Source: Hyphomicrobium sp. (GTDB taxonomy: Bacteria > Pseudomonadota > Alphaproteobacteria > Rhizobiales > Hyphomicrobiaceae). From it: a stretch of DNA of 64,000 nucleotides. This document shows, in pieces, positions 20,424 through 31,622 of this stretch. The notes below the pieces were generated by a model that had not been told where the DNA came from, ran no database searches, and was given only the letters and a program-made list of their open reading frames with translations. The DNA lies in NCBI GenBank assembly GCA_021732485.1, contig JAKFUV010000013.1:75-64074 (forward strand), read 5' to 3'. The first letter of the stretch is position 1; every line of letters begins with the position of its first letter. The translations under genes were made by a program, and so were the position numbers.

Positions 20424-20831
20424 ATGTCACGCAAGATTTTCGTCAACCTCCCGGTCAAAGACCTGGACCGTGCGATAGCTTTTTTCACCGGCCTTGGCTT
20501 CGCGTTCAATCCGCAATTCACCGACTCCACCGCAACCTGCATGATCATTTCCGATAGCGCCTTCGCCATGCTGCTGGTGGAAAGCAAGTTCACCAGCTTC
20601 ACCACCAAAAAAATCGCAGATACATCAACAGCATCAGAAACCATTCTTGCTCTGAGTGCCGACGATCGCGCTGCCGTCGACGCACTTGCCGACAAGGCCA
20701 TCGCCACCGGCGGCTCGGTCGCCATGCCGCCCATGGACCTCGGTTTCATGTATGGGCGCAGTTTCTACGATCCTGACGGCCATCATTGGGAAGTTTTCCA
20801 CATGGACCCAACGGCGATGCCGTCGGACTGA
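20424..20831 (+). CDS. VOC/glyoxalase family protein
   Basis: IFVNLPVKDL, FNPQFTD, MYGRSFYDPDGHHWE. Confidence 0.9.
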   Translation: MSRKIFVNLPVKDLDRAIAFFTGLGFAFNPQFTDSTATCMIISDSAFAMLLVESKFTSFTTKKIADTSTASETILALSADDRAAVDALADKAIATGGSVAMPPMDLGFMYGRSFYDPDGHHWEVFHMDPTAMPSD

Positions 20832-20938
20832 GTTCGCCAGATGGCCCGCGCCCACTTCGGCGTTGGAAACTCTCGTCGGATCAGCGTTCGTTCGACGGGC
20901 GCGGTTGCACTTGATGGCAGTCCCGCCTATCAGCGGAT

Positions 20939-21934
<996 letters not shown>

Positions 21935-22088
21935 ATGACTGCCGAGCAATTTTTTGTAACGAAACGTGATTGCAAAATCGGTCCGAAGAAGCGCTTTTCG
22001 TAACCCTGTCATCATTTGGTGCATTGCAGCATCGACACTTCATCCGTAGCGTCTCAAGAGTGATTTTGTTTGAGGGGCTTCGAACAAC

Positions 22089-22475
22089 ATGCGCGTGCGT
22101 GCAATCAAGACATCCCTTGCCGTTATGGCGGCCTTGACCTTGGCGGCAACCGCCGCGCGAGCCGAGCAACTCGGCGCCGTGCAACTTAAAGTTCTGTTGT
22201 CCGGCAAAACCATTAGCCTTTCGGCACCGTTCGGCTCATTGCCGATCCGCTACAGTCCGGGCGGCACGATGATCGCCAAATCGAAAGCCATGGGTCTGTT
22301 CGCGGGCGTCTCGGAAGATCGCGGCACTTGGCGCATTCAGGGCAGTCAGTTCTGCCAGCGCTGGACCGTTTGGAACAAGGGCAAGGAACAGTGCTTCACG
22401 GTTTCGCGCACCGGCACGACGGTTCGCTGGGTCAGCAATGATGGCATGACTGGCACTGCGGTGGCCGTGCAATAG
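22089..22475 (+). CDS. Secreted hypothetical protein (DUF995-like)
   Basis: Signal peptide; LLSGKT, DRGTW-x-I...FCQRW...C. Confidence 0.65.
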   Translation: MRVRAIKTSLAVMAALTLAATAARAEQLGAVQLKVLLSGKTISLSAPFGSLPIRYSPGGTMIAKSKAMGLFAGVSEDRGTWRIQGSQFCQRWTVWNKGKEQCFTVSRTGTTVRWVSNDGMTGTAVAVQ

Positions 22476-22730
22476 ACGGCCAATCGGTGCGCCGCCGGTC
22501 TCGCACTTTCGCGGCAACGCCTGGGGCATAGCTTCTGGCTGTTTTTGGGTTGAAGGTTCGCGTGAACCGGCCTTCCTCATGTGGTGCGAAACGCGCGACC
22601 GCCGTCTCAACACCGGGCCCGGCCCCTTGCCGATGATTGGCAAACGAGTTACCCAGCTTGACCAACTGCTGCCAGCGCCAAGGACGGATCCCAGTCGTCG
22701 CAGCGCTTCTGGCCGGGAGAGATGCAGGCC

Positions 22731-22973
22731 ATGTCGGACGAAGCCGTCGTTGCGCAAACCGGGCCTTACACGGTCGAGCTTCAAGAAGGTCAAGATTACT
22801 GGTACTGCCGCTGCGGCCGCTCGAACATGCAACCGTTTTGCGACGGCTCGCACAAAGGCACATCGTTCGAGCCGCTGAAATTTACGGCGGACCGAACGGG
22901 GTCGTACAATATCTGCGGTTGCAAAGCGACCGACGACGAACCGTTCTGCGACGGCACCCACAACATGCTGTGA
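22731..22973 (+). CDS. CDGSH iron-sulfur domain protein (two CDGSH motifs)
   Basis: CRCGRSNMQPFCDGSH and ICGCKAT...PFCDGTH. Confidence 0.92.
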   Translation: MSDEAVVAQTGPYTVELQEGQDYWYCRCGRSNMQPFCDGSHKGTSFEPLKFTADRTGSYNICGCKATDDEPFCDGTHNML

Positions 22974-23002
22974 GGCGCGCCGGCGTTAGAGCCCTCCTTC
23001 AA

Positions 23003-24487
23003 CTACGCCCTGGCCAAGTTGCTGTGACGTATCGAGTACGCGAAGTAAATCAGCAACCCCGCCGCTAGCCAAAGCAAGAACCGAATATGGGTGATGAGCG
23101 GCAGGAACGCGATCAGCGCTCCGCATGACAGCACGCCGAGAGTTGGGAGCAACAGGCCGAACGGCATTTTGAACGGCCGGTGCATATCGGGATGCGAAAT
23201 CCGCAAGCTAATCACGCCACCGCACACGATCACGAACGCCGTCAACGTGCCGATGTTGACCAGTTCAGCCAGCACGCCGAGCGGCGTTAGTCCGGCCATG
23301 ATGGCCATGAACACGCCGGTGATCACCGTCGTGCGCACCGGGGTTTGGGTTTTTGGATTGATGGCTGAAAAATAATGCGGCAGCAGCCCATCGCGTGACA
23401 CGGCAACGATGATGCGGGTCAATGCGTAGTAGAGCACCAGCATCACCGTCGTCAGCCCGAAGATGACACCTGTGGCGACCAAGGCGGACGCCCAGTTGTA
23501 GCCGATCAGTTGCAGCGCGTGCGCTACCGGCGAGGCGACATTCAAATCGCCGTACGGCACGATGCCGGTCAGCAGGCCGGACACGATAATGTAGATGACG
23601 GTGCAAAAGACCAGTGACCCGAGAATTCCAATCGGCACGTCGCGCTGTGGATCGTGGGCTTCTTCAACGGCGGTCGACACCGCATCGAAGCCGACGTAGG
23701 CGAAAAACACCAGTGATGCGCCGGCTAGAACGCCAATTGTTTTGCCGTCGGCCGTGTGGTCGAACCACCCGAACGGAATAAACGGCGACCAGTTGGCCGG
23801 CTGCACGTTGAACGCCGCGACGGCAATGAAGATGGCGATGGTGACGAGCTTCACGGCGACCGCGATGGCATTGACCTTGGCGCTTTCCTTGATCCCCTGA
23901 ATGAGCAGCATCATCAGCAAGAGGATGATACCCACCGCCGGCAAATTGATGATCCCGCCCATGCCGCCCTTGACGACGGCCTCGGCCGTTGGATCGAAGC
24001 CGATCACCTCAAGTGCGCCGCCCAGGTACGAATTCCAGGCGAGTTCCGTTGGGCCTCGGATGAGACTGTCCGGCAAGCCGATGCCGATCGCCGTCAGCGC
24101 ATTGTTGAAATAGCCCGACCAGCCATTGGCCACGGCGGCGACCGACACGCCGTATTCAAGGATCAGGTCCCAGGCAATGATCCAGGCGAGAAATTCGCCG
24201 AAGGCGGCATAGCTGTAGCCATACGCGCTGCCGCAGCCGCCGACACTGGCCGCCAATTCAGAGTACGAAAGCGCGGCGAACGCGCAGGCTAGGCCGGCGA
24301 CGACGAACGACAGCACGACCGCCGGTCCCGACTGGGTCGCCGCTGCGTGCCCAGTCAGTACGAAAATGCCGGTGCCGATAATCGCCCCGACCCCAAGCAG
24401 CGTCAGGTCCGTGGCGCTCAGCGCGCGCTTCAAACCAGACTCATCGGTGTGGCCAGTGATCGGCTTTTTGCGATATATAAAATTCAT
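23003..24487 (-). CDS. Amino acid permease (APC/CAT family)
   Basis: LGVGAIIGTGIFV, GSAYGY, FFAYVGFD, NIGTL; ~12 TM helices. Confidence 0.93.
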   Translation of the reverse strand: MNFIYRKKPITGHTDESGLKRALSATDLTLLGVGAIIGTGIFVLTGHAAATQSGPAVVLSFVVAGLACAFAALSYSELAASVGGCGSAYGYSYAAFGEFLAWIIAWDLILEYGVSVAAVANGWSGYFNNALTAIGIGLPDSLIRGPTELAWNSYLGGALEVIGFDPTAEAVVKGGMGGIINLPAVGIILLLMMLLIQGIKESAKVNAIAVAVKLVTIAIFIAVAAFNVQPANWSPFIPFGWFDHTADGKTIGVLAGASLVFFAYVGFDAVSTAVEEAHDPQRDVPIGILGSLVFCTVIYIIVSGLLTGIVPYGDLNVASPVAHALQLIGYNWASALVATGVIFGLTTVMLVLYYALTRIIVAVSRDGLLPHYFSAINPKTQTPVRTTVITGVFMAIMAGLTPLGVLAELVNIGTLTAFVIVCGGVISLRISHPDMHRPFKMPFGLLLPTLGVLSCGALIAFLPLITHIRFLLWLAAGLLIYFAYSIRHSNLARA

Positions 24488-24653
24488 GTCGCGTCCCTCG
24501 ATCCGCACCTCGCCCGATTTCGTGCTTCCAGCGAAACCGTTGACAACCCTAGGCGAACGCGATCGCCCGACGCAAGGCGCGTGTCTGGCGAATGATCCAC
24601 ACAATCATGCCTCGCTCGGCACGACGCGCCGCCGTGAGCGAGATTGCGCAGCA

Positions 24654-25826
24654 ATGAACCAGCGCGCCGCAATTCTCACCACAACGCCAACTCCAAAATT
24701 GCCGTCACGACTCGTGGCAGGCGTCAGCGCACTCGTTGCACTGCTCGGGAATTCGCTCGCATGCCCCCCGGCCCATGCCGATCGTGCCTTTGTTATTGCC
24801 GTCGCCGGGCCGGTCAGTGGCCGGGCCGCAAACGACACCGAGCGGATCTTTGCCGACGCGCGCCGCGCCGCCGATCGCATCAATGCGGCCGGCGGATTGA
24901 TCGGGCGTCAGGTCGAGGTTGTGCGCGCCGACGACGGCTGCGATCGCGCCAAGGCCGAAGGGGTCGCCCGTGAACTGGCAGCTAAAGGCGTCGCCTTGGT
25001 GTTGGGCCATCCTTGCACCAATCCGGCACTCGCCGCCGCTGCGATCTACGGCCGGCAAAACATACTTTTCATCGCCACCGAAACCCGGCATCCCTCGCTC
25101 ACTCTCAAACGCGCCGGAGCCTCAATTTTTCGCTTGAGCGGCCGCGATGATCAGCAAGGACAAGCTGCTGGCCGAATTCTGGCTCGCGCCGCGCGTGCTG
25201 GTCCGGTCGCCATCATCCATGATCGCACCGCCTACGCCCGCACTTTGGCAAACTCTGCTGAAGCGATGGTCGAAGCGGCCAGCGGCTCAGCTCCGATCAC
25301 GGCAACAATTGTCGGCGGTGACAAAGACTATCCGCTGGTCATCAAAAAAGTGCGCCAGGCGCGCGCCATCTTTTTCGCCGGGTTCCCGATGGAAGCGGGC
25401 TTTTTGTTCACGGCGCTGCGGGGCGCAGGCTCCGACGCCACTTTCCTCGGTTCCGACAGCTTGGCGACGACCGAGTTCGCGACGACGTTTGGGGCCGACG
25501 CCAAAGGCGTGCGCGTGCTCGTCGGGACGAATGCACTCGAGGCCGTCGCGGCGCAAGCTGCCGATGCCATACCTGCTGCCAACAGAAACAGCCCGAGCAT
25601 GACAGCCATTGCCATCGAGATGGTCGCGACGGCGGTCACTGAGACTGGTGCCGTGGATGGCGCAACGCTTGCTCAAGCACTGTCCAGCAAACCGTACGCG
25701 ACGCGCTTGGGTCCAGTGCGATTCAATACGAATGGCGATTGCGACCTGCCAGGTTACGACGTTCTCGAGTGGACTGGAGAGGCTTGGGAGTCGCCGGGCC
25801 TAAGTTGGACGCCGCCACTGCCATAA
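24654..25826 (+). CDS. Branched-chain amino acid ABC transporter substrate-binding protein (LivJ-like)
   Basis: IAVAGPVSG, INAAGGLIG, DDGCD, FRLSGRDDQQG, GPVRFNTNGD. Confidence 0.85.
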   Translation: MNQRAAILTTTPTPKLPSRLVAGVSALVALLGNSLACPPAHADRAFVIAVAGPVSGRAANDTERIFADARRAADRINAAGGLIGRQVEVVRADDGCDRAKAEGVARELAAKGVALVLGHPCTNPALAAAAIYGRQNILFIATETRHPSLTLKRAGASIFRLSGRDDQQGQAAGRILARAARAGPVAIIHDRTAYARTLANSAEAMVEAASGSAPITATIVGGDKDYPLVIKKVRQARAIFFAGFPMEAGFLFTALRGAGSDATFLGSDSLATTEFATTFGADAKGVRVLVGTNALEAVAAQAADAIPAANRNSPSMTAIAIEMVATAVTETGAVDGATLAQALSSKPYATRLGPVRFNTNGDCDLPGYDVLEWTGEAWESPGLSWTPPLP

Positions 25827-26014
25827 ACCAACGCTTCTGCGTAGCGGCAGCACGATCAAAGAAGCCGGGACGATCAGTCGATAGGGAGGGAGAAAATCAC
25901 GACCGCGAGCAACGATCACGGCCGAGAATGGTGCCGGCCGGTGCGCGACTGCGCCCCCGGCCGATCTCAATAAAATGATCGCGTCACATTTCAGCTAGCC
26001 AATTGCAACGCGCT

Positions 26015-26260
26015 TTAACGCCCTTGTGACGCCGAAAGGCATTCGACCATCAACGCCTTCTCCATGCGCGCCAAGTCTTCGGGCACCTTGTGCCCCGACT
26101 GGCGGTAGGTGCTGATGCGTTGCTGGACAAGCGCATAGCAGCGGCGTGGGTCGTCCTCTGATTGCTCCATTTGTTGCACCAGATCGGCATCGACGCCGCT
26201 TCCCATTTGTTCAGCCATTTGTCTTTTGTATTCCCCGCTGTCCTTGGAGACGCCGCGCAT
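26015..26260 (-). CDS. Small hypothetical protein
   Basis: Natural-looking helical ORF with host-like codon usage; start uncertain. Confidence 0.5.
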   Translation of the reverse strand: MRGVSKDSGEYKRQMAEQMGSGVDADLVQQMEQSEDDPRRCYALVQQRISTYRQSGHKVPEDLARMEKALMVECLSASQGR

Positions 26261-26621
26261 TCTCTCGGCGTCAAGTTTCAGGTTATCGCAATACACACCC
26301 AGTTCCGCAGGATAGCCGACGAATCAGCTTCGATCAGCATCTGCCGAGCACAACTTTTCAAGTTGCAGTTAAGAGTTGCTGAAAGGCCATGAATGAAAGC
26401 TGAATACGCTTTCTGCATTTCTGCACGCTCTGGACAAAAGAGAGAGCAAGCGATCGTGGCGATAAACAGACGGTAAATCGACGAACATGTGCGCCGCACA
26501 CATCCATGCTGCGCAGCGGCATTTCTGCCGCACAGAACAATTGCCGGCGGGGCGCGCGCTCGATTGATGCGGGCTATCGCGTCTGCTACGCCTCCCGCAT
26601 CGCATCAAGGATGAGTTCGAG

Positions 26622-27923
26622 ATGATACCCCGTTACGCCCGCTTGGAGATGATCAAGATTTGGGAGCCGGAGACGCGTTTTCGCATCTGGTTTGAGATCG
26701 AAGCCCATGCAGCGCAGGCATGCGCGGAGCTCGGCATCATTCCAAAAGACGCCGCCGCGACGATCTGGCGCAAGGGTGCAGAGGCTAACTTCGATGTCGC
26801 CCGGATCGATGAAATCGAGGCCGTGACCAAACATGACGTCATCGCTTTCCTCACCCATTTGGCCGAGCATGTCGGTCCCGACGCGCGCTTCGTGCATCAG
26901 GGGATGACCTCCTCCGATGTGCTCGATACGTGCCTCGCGGTGCAATTGGTACGGGCCAGCGATCTGCTCCTTGCCGACATCGATCGACTGCTGGCTGCGC
27001 TGAAAACCCGGGCGCTCGAACACAAAGATACGATCACCATCGGCCGCAGCCATGGCATCCATGCCGAACCGACGACGTTCGGCCTGAAACTCGCGTTCGC
27101 CTACGCCGAGTTCGCCCGTCATCGCGATCGTCTTGTCGCCGCGCGAAAGGACATCGGCACGTGCGCGCTCTCTGGCGCCGTCGGCACCTTCGCCAATCTT
27201 GATCCGCGCGTCGAAGCCTACGTCGCCGATAAACTCGGCCTCATCCCGGAGCCGGTGTCGACGCAGGTCATCCCGCGCGACCGGCACGCGATGTTCTTTG
27301 CGACCCTCGGCGTCATCGCCTCATCGATCGAGCGCTCGGCAATCGAAATTCGCCACTTGCAGCGCACCGAAGTTCTCGAAGCCGAGGAGTATTTTTCACC
27401 CGGCCAAAAGGGTTCATCCGCCATGCCGCACAAGCGCAATCCGGTGCTGACGGAAAATCTCACCGGCCTCGCCCGCATGGTCCGCGCCTACGCGCTACCC
27501 GCCATGGAAAACGTCGCGCTCTGGCACGAACGCGATATCTCACATTCCTCGGTCGAACGCATGATCGGTCCAGACGCGACGATCACGCTCGACTTCGCGC
27601 TCAACCGCTTAGCGAGCGTCATCGAAAAGCTGGTCGTTTATCCTGAGACGATGAAAAAGAACCTCGACAAACTCGGCGGGCTGCACAATTCGCAGCGCGT
27701 GCTCCTTGCCCTGACGCAAGCCGGGCTATCACGCGACGACTCGTATGCGTTGGTTCAGCGCAACGCCATGAAAACCTGGGACCACGGCAAAGATTTCCTC
27801 ACCGAACTGAAAGCCGACGCTGACGTGACGGCGAAGATTTCGCCCGATGCGTTGGAGGCGATGTTCGACCTTGGCTATCACACCAAGCACGTCGAGACGA
27901 TTTTCAAGCGGGTGTTTGGCTGA
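26622..27923 (+). CDS. purB: Adenylosuccinate lyase
   Basis: MIPRY, TKHDVIAF, GRSHGIHAEP, GSSAMPHKRNP. Confidence 0.98.
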   Translation: MIPRYARLEMIKIWEPETRFRIWFEIEAHAAQACAELGIIPKDAAATIWRKGAEANFDVARIDEIEAVTKHDVIAFLTHLAEHVGPDARFVHQGMTSSDVLDTCLAVQLVRASDLLLADIDRLLAALKTRALEHKDTITIGRSHGIHAEPTTFGLKLAFAYAEFARHRDRLVAARKDIGTCALSGAVGTFANLDPRVEAYVADKLGLIPEPVSTQVIPRDRHAMFFATLGVIASSIERSAIEIRHLQRTEVLEAEEYFSPGQKGSSAMPHKRNPVLTENLTGLARMVRAYALPAMENVALWHERDISHSSVERMIGPDATITLDFALNRLASVIEKLVVYPETMKKNLDKLGGLHNSQRVLLALTQAGLSRDDSYALVQRNAMKTWDHGKDFLTELKADADVTAKISPDALEAMFDLGYHTKHVETIFKRVFG

Positions 27924-27942
27924 AAGTCGCGGTGGCGTTGCG

Positions 27943-28425
27943 TCACGCTACGCGATGGTAGTGCGAGACCATGAAGTCTTTCCATGTCCCGTCGTCGCCT
28001 TGCGTGCGCGATGAAAAGATCCGGTGATCGTCAGACACGATCGTGACGGCATCGATGTAGTTCGCCATGGTGCCATCGTCTTTATGGCTCGGGCCTGTCG
28101 ATTGAAGTGACAAAATTCGGCCCGCATCATCCAGGGTGCCCTCATAGAGCCACTGATACGTCATCATCGAAGCGACGAAACTTCCGACGAAGCGATCTTT
28201 CAATGGGTCGAAGCCGAGCGTCATGCGCGTTGCCATCGCCGCCCCATCCGGCATGTCGCCGCGGCCTTCGAGAACGATCCACAAATCGCCGACACTGCGG
28301 ACGAGTTCGGTGCCAGAGCCCGTCCACTCCGGCTGTTCCGGCCCCATCGAGCACGTCTGCTGGTACGTCCATGACCCGACAAGCTTTGTCAGCCAGCGGT
28401 GCTGCTGGAGCGGGTTGGCCTGCAT
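27943..28425 (-). CDS. DUF1579 domain protein
   Basis: HRWL-x-KLVGSW, MTLGFDP...FVGSFVASMM. Confidence 0.8.
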   Translation of the reverse strand: MQANPLQQHRWLTKLVGSWTYQQTCSMGPEQPEWTGSGTELVRSVGDLWIVLEGRGDMPDGAAMATRMTLGFDPLKDRFVGSFVASMMTYQWLYEGTLDDAGRILSLQSTGPSHKDDGTMANYIDAVTIVSDDHRIFSSRTQGDDGTWKDFMVSHYHRVA

Positions 28426-28462
28426 CGTATGACTCCTTCCTCAACGATTGCCGCACGGTGCG

Positions 28463-29440
28463 TTACACTTGGGTCAGAAATTCGGCGAGCTGGTCGTAGG
28501 TTCCACCGAAGCCCTGGGTCATCGACATAAACATTTGAGCGAACACGAGGCGCTGCTCTGCCGTTGCCTCTAATGGTGTCGATGTCAGCGTCAAGCGTGT
28601 CCGACCGGCTTCATCGTCCAGCGTCACAACGTTCAGCACCGCGAGTGGCCAATCCATGGGGAACGGTGAACGCGCCACGCCAGCTTCAGGATCGGAAAAA
28701 CTGCTGACAAAAACGATGCGGCGCGGCGCCACAAGCTCGCGATAAATGAAGCGACCCCACATCTCTGGCGCGACCTTTGACGTCATCACATAATGAAACA
28801 TGCCGCCAGGTTTGAACGCGAGGTTCTCGACACGGATGGTCCAGCCCTTTGGTCCCCACCATTGCGCCAGTGCTTTGGCGTCGGAATGGGCAGCCCATAC
28901 CGCCTCGCGCGGAGCATTGAACACGCGCGTGATCGTGAACGGTGTTTCGCCACGCCCACGAGCCGCCGCGAACGCGACTTCTGTCTCGAAGCGTTCAAGC
29001 GTCTGCTCGCCACCTTCAACGGCGCTGGCGGTTGCGACCGCATCGCGCTGTGCTGCGGTGGGGAACAGCAATGTCAGTGTGACGCGCGTTTTGCGACCGA
29101 CGGGCTCGAACGTAACGGTCGTGTGCCAATGGCACGACGTCGACTGCTCGTTGTCGCCGTGGCCGAAGACGATGCGCTCCGGCCTGACGATTTCCTTGTA
29201 CTGAATGACGTTGCTGTAGTCGGTGCCGTCCGGTCCATGCATGACAAAGCGCCACACGCCACCCGGGCGGACTTTCATTTCGTCCGTCGTGATCGAAAAC
29301 CCATTTGGCCCCCACCAGTTTGAAACATGCGCCGGGTCCGTGAACACATCGAACACCAACTCACGCGGCGCATCGACCACCCGCGTTACCGTCATCTGAC
29401 GGCTGGTGAGATCATCCTGCTCAGCGCTTTTTGCGGCCAT
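28463..29440 (-). CDS. Tandem SRPBCC/AHSA1 domain protein
   Basis: Two repeats of TR-x-x-DAPRE-x-V...WWGP-x-G...PGG-x-W/F. Confidence 0.88.
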   Translation of the reverse strand: MAAKSAEQDDLTSRQMTVTRVVDAPRELVFDVFTDPAHVSNWWGPNGFSITTDEMKVRPGGVWRFVMHGPDGTDYSNVIQYKEIVRPERIVFGHGDNEQSTSCHWHTTVTFEPVGRKTRVTLTLLFPTAAQRDAVATASAVEGGEQTLERFETEVAFAAARGRGETPFTITRVFNAPREAVWAAHSDAKALAQWWGPKGWTIRVENLAFKPGGMFHYVMTSKVAPEMWGRFIYRELVAPRRIVFVSSFSDPEAGVARSPFPMDWPLAVLNVVTLDDEAGRTRLTLTSTPLEATAEQRLVFAQMFMSMTQGFGGTYDQLAEFLTQV

Positions 29441-29783
29441 GTTTGCGTCCTTTCTTCGGTTTGGCTTGAAGGTCGCTCAGATAGGCTTCGAGCCGATCGA
29501 AGCTTTGCTCCCAAAACTGACGGTAATGATCGAGCCAAGCATCGACATCGCGCAGCGGCGCCGGCTGTAGGCGGCACGGCCGCCACTGCGCGCGCCGCGT
29601 GCGGGCTATGAGCCCGGCGTGTTCCAGCACTTTGAGATGTTTTGAAATCGCCGGCAGGCTGATCTTGAACGGCTCGGCAAGCTCATTCACCGACGTTTCG
29701 CCACGCGCGAGCCGGGCCAGAATTGCGCGGCGCGTTGGGTCAGCGAGCGCCGACAACGTCACGCTGAGTTCATCGGCTGCCAT
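29421..29783 (-). CDS. ArsR/SmtB family transcriptional regulator
   Basis: ALADPTRRAILARL, AISKHLKVLEHAGLI; overlaps the SRPBCC gene. Confidence 0.92.
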   Translation of the reverse strand: MAADELSVTLSALADPTRRAILARLARGETSVNELAEPFKISLPAISKHLKVLEHAGLIARTRRAQWRPCRLQPAPLRDVDAWLDHYRQFWEQSFDRLEAYLSDLQAKPKKGRKHGRKKR

Positions 29784-29787
29784 TTGT

Positions 29788-29824
29788 AATATACCGTATA
29801 GTTAAATAACTAATCGGTGTAATA
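29788..29824. promoter_or_regulatory. Probable ArsR autoregulatory operator (AT-rich inverted repeat)
   Basis: TATACCGTATAGTTAAATAACTAATCGGTGTA directly upstream of the arsR start. Confidence 0.45.
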
Positions 29825-29890
29825 CCGTCGAGTTTGCGGCGTGTCAACGCCATCAGGCGTTGGCACTGGCGGCGATAGTGTCGATGCAAC

Positions 29891-29915
29891 GGAACTCAAC
29901 CCAAGGCACAGCGTT
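29891..29915 (+). promoter_or_regulatory. EcfG/sigmaT general-stress promoter GGAAC-N16-CGTT
   Basis: GGAAC tcaacccaaggcacag CGTT about 40 nt upstream of the PA2169-family gene. Confidence 0.65.
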
Positions 29916-29953
29916 GAGCGCGCACAGTTCGCATTTCTGGATGGGAGTTCGCC

Positions 29954-30394
29954 ATGACCGACCGCACTGACGCCCTCAAAACATTGCATACGAGTTTGAT
30001 CGATAGCCGCAACGGCTATGACGAAGCGGTCAAGCAGGCCGCAGGTGAGGGCCTGACGCCTTTGTTTCAGGATATGATTGCGCTCCGCACGAATGCCGCA
30101 AACGAACTTGCTACTCATTTGCTGTCGCTCGGCGAAAAGGCGGATGCGGACGGATCATTCATGTCGACGGTGCATCGCACCGTGATCGATTTGCGCTCAT
30201 ACATTACCGGACTGGACGCCAATGTGCTGCCGGCGCTGATCAGCGGCGAGGAGCGTATTGTCGGCTACTATGATGCCGCCCTCGAAGCGTCAGCCCCGGC
30301 CGATCCGGAATATGCGGTTCTCATTGATCAGCGCGACGCGTTGAAAGTGAAAATTCGCGATATGGAAGTGATGCACGCGCGCGCTGCAGCGTAA
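29954..30394 (+). CDS. PA2169/DUF2383 family ferritin-like four-helix bundle protein
   Basis: L-x-x-L...LIDSRNGY, GSFMSTVHR, GEERI...Y. Confidence 0.85.
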   Translation: MTDRTDALKTLHTSLIDSRNGYDEAVKQAAGEGLTPLFQDMIALRTNAANELATHLLSLGEKADADGSFMSTVHRTVIDLRSYITGLDANVLPALISGEERIVGYYDAALEASAPADPEYAVLIDQRDALKVKIRDMEVMHARAAA

Positions 30395-30469
30395 TCGCGT
30401 TGATAGGCTTTTAAGTGCGGCGCCTGCCAGCGCGTTCCGTCGCAGGTCGTTCTGATCGACTTCGGCTCG

Positions 30470-31447
30470 CTACACTAATGATCGGGTTGCAAAATCGCTC
30501 TCGGCGAAATTTGCGACCCGCTTTCTAATCCGCGCCTCACGCTGATCCGGCCAAATTTTTCCCAAAACGGTCTTCGCCAGCCTGCCGGCATCGGCCCCCA
30601 GACGGTTTGGAAAAAACGCATCGTCGACAAATTTCCCATAGTGCAATGGCTTGAGAACGTGCGCCATTTCCTCCCGGTAGCGCGGGTCGTGCCGGCCCTT
30701 GACATCGCGCCACGGTTTACTTGAGCCGATAAAATGAATGATCCCGGGATCGACGTCACGCGTTAGCGACCAGCGCGTTGCGTACATCCAATTCCACAAC
30801 GGCGAGAGTTCCAACCAATGACCGTTGAGAACCGCGTTCAAGGCGCTCTGATCGTCAAGCTGGCCGATGTAGCGACCGCTCGTCAGATAATCAATAACGC
30901 GGGAACCGACCCGCTCGCTTTCGAACACGCGCCGGTTGATAAGCATCATGCCCGAATTGAAGTACGGCGTTTTTGCCGACAGCCCGAGCCGTCGCTTGTA
31001 GTCGAGCCAATCCGTTTGATCGCCGCGCAAAACTTCCCCAGCATCCATCACAGCGGCGATGGGGTAATGTCCGAGGTCCGTCGCGAACAGATGCGCCAAT
31101 GATCGCGAGCCGATCCAAACGTCGGCATCAAGATACAGAACCTTGGTGAAGCGCTCAGCGAGTTGCGGCGTTACATTGATCTTCGCATAGGCGGCCGACG
31201 TTCTGTCGGCGCGCGACAGCTGAAAACCACTCATATCGTGCGGCACAAAATCGATGATCGACAACTTCGTGTCGGCCGCGTGCCGCTGCGCGGGCGAGCA
31301 CCCGATCGCCAGGATGATGACATCAAAGTTGCGATCAGCCTGACCGAGCAGCTGGTGGGCGACGAAACGGGCAGCGGGCAGATAACCGCTGTCCGTCACC
31401 ATGACGACAGCATTGCAATTTGAATTGGCGGTCGTGGGTGTACTCAT
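30470..31447 (-). CDS. Glycosyltransferase family 8
   Basis: KVLYLDAD, YFNSGMMLIN, DQSALN, IIHFIGSSKPW. Confidence 0.9.
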   Translation of the reverse strand: MSTPTTANSNCNAVVMVTDSGYLPAARFVAHQLLGQADRNFDVIILAIGCSPAQRHAADTKLSIIDFVPHDMSGFQLSRADRTSAAYAKINVTPQLAERFTKVLYLDADVWIGSRSLAHLFATDLGHYPIAAVMDAGEVLRGDQTDWLDYKRRLGLSAKTPYFNSGMMLINRRVFESERVGSRVIDYLTSGRYIGQLDDQSALNAVLNGHWLELSPLWNWMYATRWSLTRDVDPGIIHFIGSSKPWRDVKGRHDPRYREEMAHVLKPLHYGKFVDDAFFPNRLGADAGRLAKTVLGKIWPDQREARIRKRVANFAESDFATRSLV

Positions 31448-31622
31448 CGCCTTGGTCGCGTTACTCAGCCAACAACACCCGCGCTTAGTGGACCGCTCCC
31501 ACGGACGCGTTCATGGCAGGTCAGCCGTGCGCCCGCAAGTGAACTTCAGTTTCAATCAAAAGATCGCAAAGTGATCGCTGCCGTGACCACCGTCGCGGCG
31601 CCACCATCAGGTGAGCGGCGTT